Part shown: positions 55,548-64,000 of the stretch, in pieces
How the letters are laid out: each line of letters starts with the position of its first letter
Position numbering within the stretch: position 1 is the stretch's first letter
NCBI GenBank assembly: GCA_964016885.1
Contig: OZ024751.1
Location: 7,502,001-7,566,000, forward strand
Direction: 5' to 3'
Length of the DNA: 64,000 bases
Source: Eledone cirrhosa
Lineage: Eukaryota
The notes under the pieces: generated by a model
Databases searched by the model: none
What the model saw: the letters and a program-made list of their open reading frames with translations, nothing else
Told to the model about the DNA's origin: nothing
Position numbers and translations under genes: made by a program

Positions 55548-57925
55548 ATAAATGCTCTGAAATAGCGATATATATGTGAATATAGACATAGAATATTCGA
55601 AAATATTCTGTATGTTTATAATAAACATTTTGAAGACCTAATCGCTATCGAGAATCTAATTGTAATACGTGACGTATTCTATTCTATAGCGATTAGGTCT
55701 TCAAAATGTTTATTATAAACATACAGAATATTTTCGAATATTCTATGTCTATATTCACATATATATCGCTATTTCAGAGCATTTATTCCAATTTTTAATT
55801 TCTGCCGGACCGGCAACCGCTCTTTCAAACCAGTTCCTGTACACAGCTAAGTATTCTATAAGTCTCTAGCTGTGTCATTCTCGATAAAAGCACTGGATAT
55901 GTAGTCCTGAAGATTTCTAACAAGAATGAAACGCGTAGATTACTTCCCTTGCTTTTATCGAGAATCTAATTGTAATACGTGACGTATTCTATTCTATAGC
56001 GATTAGGTCTTCAAAATGTTTATTATAAACATACAGAATATTTTCGAATATTCTATGTCTATATTCACATATATATCGCTATTTCAGAGCATTTATTCCA
56101 ATTTTTAATTTCTGCCGGACCGGCAACCGCTCTTTCAAACCAGTTCCTGTACACAGCTAAGTATTCTATAAGTCTCTAGCTGTGTCATTCTCGATAAAAG
56201 CACTGGATATGTAGTCCTGAAGATTTCTAACAAGAATGAAACGCGTAGATTACTTCCCTTGCTTTTATCGAGAATCTAATTGTAATACGTGACGTATTCT
56301 ATTCTATAGCGATTAGGTCTTCAAAATGTTTATTATAAACATACAGAATATTTTCGAATATTCTATGTCTATATTCACATATATATCGCTATTTCAGAGC
56401 ATTTATTCCAATTTTTAATTTCTGCCGGACCGGCAACCGCTCTTTCAAACCAGTTCCTGTACACAGCTAAGTATTCTATAAGTCTCTAGCTGTGTCATTC
56501 TCGATAAAAGCACTGGATATGTAGTCCTGAAGATTTCTAACAAGAATGAAACGCGTAGATTACTTCCCTTGCTTTTATCGAGAATCTAATTGTAATACGT
56601 GACGTATTCTATTCTATAGCGATTAGGTCTTCAAAATGTTTATTATAAACATACAGAATATTTTCGAATATTCTATGTCTATATTCACATATATATCGCT
56701 ATTTCAGAGCATTTATTCCAATTTTTAATTTCTGCCGGACCGGCAACCGCTCTTTCAAACCAGTTCCTGTACACAGCTAAGTATTCTATAAGTCTCTAGC
56801 TGTGTCATTCTCGATAAAAGCACTGGATATGTAGTCCTGAAGATTTCTAACAAGAATGAAACGCGTAGATTACTTCCCTTGCTTTTATCGAGAATCTAAT
56901 TGTAATACGTGACGTATTCTATTCTATAGCGATTAGGTCTTCAAAATGTTTATTATAAACATACAGAATATTTTCGAATATTCTATGTCTATATTCACAT
57001 ATATATCGCTATTTCAGAGCATTTATTCCAATTTTTAATTTCTGCCGGACCGGCAACCGCTCTTTCAAACCAGTTCCTGTACACAGCTAAGTATTCTATA
57101 AGTCTCTAGCTGTGTCATTCTCGATAAAAGCACTGGATATGTAGTCCTGAAGATTTCTAACAAGAATGAAACGCGTAGATTACTTCCCTTGCTTTTATCG
57201 AGAATCTAATTGTAATACGTGACGTATTCTATTCTATAGCGATTAGGTCTTCAAAATGTTTATTATAAACATACAGAATATTTTCGAATATTCTATGTCT
57301 ATATTCACATATATATCGCTATTTCAGAGCATTTATTCCAATTTTTAATTTCTGCCGGACCGGCAACCGCTCTTTCAAACCAGTTCCTGTACACAGCTAA
57401 GTATTCTATAAGTCTCTAGCTGTGTCATTCTCGATAAAAGCACTGGATATGTAGTCCTGAAGATTTCTAACAAGAATGAAACGCGTAGATTACTTCCCTT
57501 GCTTTTATCGAGAATCTAATTGTAATACGTGACGTATTCTATTCTATAGCGATTAGGTCTTCAAAATGTTTATTATAAACATACAGAATATTTTCGAATA
57601 TTCTATGTCTATATTCACATATATATCGCTATTTCAGAGCATTTATTCCAATTTTTAATTTCTGCCGGACCGGCAACCGCTCTTTCAAACCAGTTCCTGT
57701 ACACAGCTAAGTATTCTATAAGTCTCTAGCTGTGTCATTCTCGATAAAAGCACTGGATATGTAGTCCTGAAGATTTCTAACAAGAATGAAACGCGTAGAT
57801 TACTTCCCTTGCTTTTATCGAGAATCTAATTGTAATACGTGACGTATTCTATTCTATAGCGATTAGGTCTTCAAAATGTTTATTATAAACATACAGAATA
57901 TTTTCGAATATTCTATGTCTATATT

Positions 57926-57929
<4 letters not shown>
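55542..57929 (+). mobile_element. Retrozyme-like tandem array: ~7.4 x 310-bp monomers preceded by a 105-bp inverted segment
   Basis: tctgccggac at 55801, 56111, 56421, 56731, 57041, 57351 and 57661 (period 310). One HHR per unit. No meaningful ORF. Confidence 0.93.
55901..55943 (+). ncRNA. Type I hammerhead ribozyme (repeated at 56211, 56521, 56831, 57141, 57451, 57761)
   Basis: GTAGTC CTGAAGA TTTCT-AACA-AGAAT GAAA CGCG TA GATTAC. Confidence 0.88.
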
Positions 57930-57963
<34 letters not shown>

Positions 57964-57988
57964 CATATACATATATATATATATATAC

Positions 57989-58076
<88 letters not shown>

Positions 58077-58080
58077 GTAG

Positions 58081-58124
<44 letters not shown>

Positions 58125-58351
58125 GAGTTTTGTAGCTTGCTTGAAGCATTGTGTAATAGGAAACAAATTTCAATTTTGTAAACTAACACAATACGTATGC
58201 AGGATGTTAAATTGGCTATATAACAAGGGCATCTTACCATACCAGCTTTAACGATCCCAATTATTTCCGGGAGCAACCGAATGACAGACTTAAAATCGGC
58301 TGGATAGACATATATATATATACACACACAGACACACGCACGCATATATGT

Positions 58352-58960
<609 letters not shown>

Positions 58961-58969
58961 ATATATATA

Positions 58970-59520
58970 TATATATATAAATGGCAATTTCTGTCTGTTT
59001 GTGATCCTAAAACTCAAAAACTAACAAACCGATATTCATGAAACTTGACACGACTGTGGGACCCATGCCCATTTGATTTCTTAACTATATTTCATTTTAA
59101 TCAAAGGGTTCCCCGGTGGATCAAACCCCCGCTGAAAACCCCCGCTTAATTTTTCCTTTCGATTAAAATGAAATTTAAACCATAGTTTAGTGAACAAGAT
59201 ATGATGCCTATTCATAAAACTTTAGCAAATTTCAATAATATTTAGAGACTCTAATGGGGTTTAAACCCCCTATAGTGAAAAGTGTGGCCAACAAATTAAA
59301 CAAGATTACACGAACTCCTCCTATGGATTTGGAGATATACCCCCCCCCCTCTCATAACCATATATATTCTGAAACTACATTGCCCAGGGTACTGGTATAA
59401 GTATATTTCATTTTAATGATAGGGTTCTCCGGGGACACAAAACCCCCGCTGAAAAACCCTGCAATTTCACACAATTTCAGCAAATTTTATAATATTAGGA
59501 CACACTAAAGGGGGGATCTA
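58970..59520 (+). mobile_element. Non-autonomous Helitron-like (Lep1/HINE-type) 5' region
   Basis: tatataaatggcaatttctgtctgtttg...aactcaaaaactaacaaaccgatattcatgaaacttgacac resembles such 5' ends. Internal repeat tatttcattttaat..agggtt..cccccgctgaaaa at 59087 and 59404. Confidence 0.55.
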
Positions 59521-59694
59521 TTCTTTTCCTTATAACAACACGCAACTGCTCTGACAAACATTGTTTCGCCTGACCAATGCAATCAACAATATTTATTTGT
59601 ATTATTGTTTCGTGAATTAATTTGTCTTCGCTTTTCATTATTTGTCATATATGTTGATTTCATTTTTGGTCTGAGAGGCATTGGGGATTTCAAT

Positions 59695-59910
<216 letters not shown>

Positions 59911-61286
59911 GCAAACATTCAACAAGGAAAAACAATATTTCATAGAAATTAATTAATATTATGTTATACTACCTTTAGGGTTGATATAGCTGGAGACTTA
60001 ATCGTAACTTTTCGGGTCTAAGTCATAGAACTGGAGATATCATGAGAGATAGGGTATAATTTGAAGAATAATTGAGTGTAAAAATAGAATTAAAAAAATA
60101 TTTAATCATTAATAAGCCTGCGTATAGTTAATCAACTGTACGTATTTGCAATGAAAGATATGGAGTTATAATATCACTAATCTTGATATAAGAGAAAAAA
60201 GAAAATTATTTCTTTTACTGAAACCCGATATATATGGTTAAATAAAATGGGTTTCGTTAGACTGTAGGTGTGTATTATGCACAACTCTCAACATAAATAC
60301 TTGAACCTAGATGGTGAAGGAAGTAACCTAAATTATATGAAATATATATTTAGTTCAGCAATTTATCAATGACTACGATTGAGGTCACAATTAAATCGAT
60401 TATACTTAAAACAAAACAACAGCTATAAATTTAATGAATAAAAGTAGTAAAAGTTGTTTTATATTATATCATTTTAGCATATTATTAAATTTAAATTAAC
60501 AATGTTTTTTTATGTTTTAAACACAGGGACACGAATTAAGTTGTAATCCCAAATGTAACGCTGCACACGAAAATCTAATCAAAACGATTTCAGTATTCAA
60601 TCTTTATTTTATTTTTTGTAATATGTCATGTAATTTATCGATTTATATTTCATTGAAATTTCCGATAAACTATAGAGTTTCCTTGTATAATAGGCTTTTT
60701 TGTTTTATTTCAAATCAATTTTAAAACAATGTTTTATAGATGCAAGTTCAAAATATAATATTGTAGCATATTATGATGACTCATTTTCAGACAAAACATT
60801 AACAAATCTCTCATTGGGATTAATAAGCTTAACAAGGTAATGAGTGAATTCCGGCATAATCACAAAACCTGTAGGGAATAACAGTAATATCATCTGCAAA
60901 GAATATTCTCGAAACATTAACAAAGCCTGAAATATGCTGTGGATAATATAGCCTGAAATTTAATATGCGGGAAAGGAAACTCGTATATATTTGGAACAAA
61001 CGTTTGTTTGTAGAATTTCATTCCGAATAAACACATACACACAACAGACGCACACACACAATTAAGGGTCGAAGCTTATCGAATAGAATGGACAGAGCTT
61101 CAGTCGTTTCATCAGTCACTTAATAATCTAATCAAGTCTGTATTGTTAAAATTCAAACCCAACTGATTAGAATGTACATGTTCGTTAATAAGTAATGAAG
61201 GTCAGTACGTGTGGGTAGGAAAATGATATATATGAGATATATGAAGCCCGAGAATGAAGGCTAAATAGATATTGTATCCTTTAGAC

Positions 61287-61520
61287 CAGGCATGGCCACA
61301 TTTTTTAGAAGCGGACCGCTTGTTATATGACTGATCATCAGGCGGGCCGCGAGAGCTGATTTACATTCGTGCTCACATTAAATAAAGGACTGTAACTGAG
61401 GTTGTTTTGATTTATTTGTTCATAATTCGTACATGTTGTTTCCTGGACCGTTAAAAATAATTTCACTTTGGTGAGTTAGGCGAGTCATTAAGAAAGCTTC
61501 GCGGGGCGCAGGTTGCTATG
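61287..61520. mobile_element. hAT (Charlie-like) MITE
   Basis: 8-bp TSD ctttagac at 61279-61286 and 61521-61528. Ends caggcatggcca... / ...gcggggcgcaggttgctatg. Confidence 0.75.
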
Positions 61521-61624
61521 CTTTAGACTATAGCAGTGTGTTATGCAAAATTCTAAAACTCAATTGCGAATGAAGTCATGCAAATTATATGAACTATTTA
61601 TATGAACTATTTATATATTTCATT

Positions 61625-64000
61625 TTTGAATTTGTTTAGCAAGATTCCTTATCTGAAAACATGTGTTGAAACCTATATTGTTACACTTTTTGAGGGTCAT
61701 GTTGCCAATAAGAAACACCCGCACCAGTTGTTCACTTCAATTTATTATAAATTTCCGGTTGGTTGGTTGGTTCTATAACCGGATTGTTGTTCATATATTG
61801 TCAAAGTGCTTTCGTCACACATTCTCTGACCTCTTTAGTGACTGGGGATTATTTTCTTTATTTTTTATTTTGTGCCTCTCCTTTGTTCTATCCTACGCAT
61901 CTTGTTTTTGTGTGTGGTGTGTGCTTGGTTTGCGCATGTGTTACATCCGGGTCTCTGTGTGTGTTCTTGTTTGCCTATTTATTTGTTTATTTGCATGTCA
62001 CTAGTTGTTTGTTTGTTCTATGTGTGTGTGTGTGTGATATATATAGCTATATATATGCATATATATATATATAAACATTTTTTTGTTCGTTTTTTTGTGT
62101 GTGTCTGTATGTTTTCATGTTGTCCTTAATTATAAGTTGCGATGTTACTATTTCATTCATGTTTTCTATTTAATTTTGATTGGAGTTCATTTATATTTAT
62201 TGCCTCTGTGATTTTTCTAAATATTGCATCTTTTCTGTGTGTAGATTCTATTTTTATCTCTATGTTCTCTAATTTGCCCTTAGGTCCTATTTTAGCAATG
62301 TTGGTGGAGTATTGATGAGTCTTTTCTATGTTGGAGTTCTCGCCACTGTTCAATTAATCGTTCTACTATGCTACGAGCTGTCTCAACTATGTACATTATA
62401 TTATTATTTTTACATTGCCCCTCAGTACATCTTATGCTATATACTATGTTTCTAGTTTTACAGTTGATATGGAGGCTTAGCTTACAGATTATGCATTTAC
62501 AATCTATTCGGAGAGGTCTTTGAAAAGGGTATGCATTACTAAATAGTGTTTTTATGGAGGTACCTGGTATTTCCACTATCTTAATATTTATTTTAAGTTT
62601 ATCTAGGGCCCTTCTAAATTTGTGAGCTAGTTCACCTCTAGGGTTGTATTGATGAACATTACACTCTGGTATTTATTGCTATCATACCATCAGTTTATAA
62701 CATCAACCTTATTCCTAGTTCTTTATATTCTATTCCAAAATTTGCTCCTATTTAAGGGGTAGGTCCCATTCGTATAATTATATACCATTTTTCCCATTTG
62801 GTTCTGGTTCCTCTATATACTCTGATTTTGTCTCTCTGATTGTAGCCAGAGAACTGCATACGGTGGATGAAGTGTTGTATTGTCTCTCTAATTATTTGGG
62901 GTTGCACATGCGGGACACGTTCCTCATCAACCTTACTAAATCCGCAATCTGTATGTTGATTTTGGTGTGATTCAAAACAGCTGAGTTACGGTGGATCAGG
63001 TATTTGGAAGTCATGAGTTTGGGATAATGGTTTCTAACCAGAGCTCTGTGTCTAGTATAGGTAATCGATGGTTGATGTGTTTGCTTGGGTACTCTATAGT
63101 AACTTTGATACTCTGGTGGATGACGTTAGCTATTTGCTGGATGCTTCCCATGGTATTTTTCTCTAATTCCTGACAGTTCTCTAGAGGGGGTGTTTTTTAC
63201 TACGATGTTTATATCATTAGCGTAGCGGGGGTACGTAATCGGGGTTAAGAGAGTGTTGTCTTCTAATTGTTCCTTAAGTATTATGTCGCCTGCAATGCTA
63301 CCACCAATGGCTGCTTCCTCCTCTTGGGCGTATGTTTTTTCATTAAATTTGAACATATGTTCCTTAAGGGTTAGTTTTATACTGGCCCCCACAGCATGTG
63401 CAATCATTTTCTTTAGTTCATCATGGTTTTCGGGGATTCGTATGTCTCTGGTCCACCCGTTCCATTTTTCTGTGTGGGTTTGCTTGGCCATTGAGATAAT
63501 GGTAGGTGGTCTGCCTCTTTCTGGCCTTGTGGGGATGAGGTTGCTAAGGTCATATGTATCTAGGTATTTTTTATTGTATGTAAGTTTAAGTAGGAGTCCC
63601 AGCTCACTGGTATCAATCCCATGGAATTCAACATCGCTCTCACTGATCATTTCCACGCATTTCTCCACAGTAAAATCTACGTCAATGGATGGGTAAAGGG
63701 ACAATGCATCCATACTACCTATTATACAATCTGTTAGGTCCCTAGACAGGTTACTTTCACTGATTCTGCTGAAGAGGTCCTCCATGCTGTCACATATATT
63801 TGGGGACATTTCGATGATAAGGCGTACGATCAGGGAGAGGACGTAGGAAAGAATGTAGTTGCTAGCAAAGTTAGCTCTACAGATTGGCCGTGATGGTGGT
63901 CCTGTGACTGCGTCACTGTTCGCCTTATGGTTTTTTCGAAGCCCATACAACGTTGGCACGTCATTGTTCCAGGCCTGCAAGTTGTTGACCGTCCATTTAT
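61625..64000 (-). mobile_element. Decayed Penelope-like element (RT plus GIY-YIG plus pLTR), runs off the window
   Basis: PTLYGLRKNHK, RPIC, GSMDALSLYPSID, AIGGSIAG, RYANDI, CKTRNIVYSIRC...YIVETARSIVERLIEQ. pLTR matches 7596-7950. HHR remnant with CTAAAGA at 61800-61842. Confidence 0.92.

Overview
AT-rich animal genomic DNA, most likely an octopod cephalopod (inferred from the SINE type and the microsatellite load). I can support no intact host gene. Most long ORFs in the track are translations of (TA)n, (CA)n, (TC)n and (TAC)n repeats. Real coding remnants are all retrotransposons: at least six Penelope-like element (PLE) fragments (RT and/or GIY-YIG), a CR1-type RT, and CRE-, R4/Dong- and RTE-like C-terminal pieces. 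There are also about ten tRNA-derived SINEs, a hAT MITE and Helitron-like ends. The main signal is non-coding. More than 25 hammerhead ribozyme (HHR) motifs from about ten sequence families lie in short elements inserted in (TA)n tracts. One is a 310-bp, hairpin-rich, HHR-bearing monomer (retrozyme-like, possibly a circular RNA), present as a ~7.4-copy tandem array (55646-57929) and as a second insertion (8703-9657) with identical end points. Nearly all of these insertions share an asymmetric inverted architecture (a short arm plus a tailed long arm). Two PLEs carry a non-canonical U3-A8 hammerhead core. Coordinates were read by eye and may be off by a few bases.
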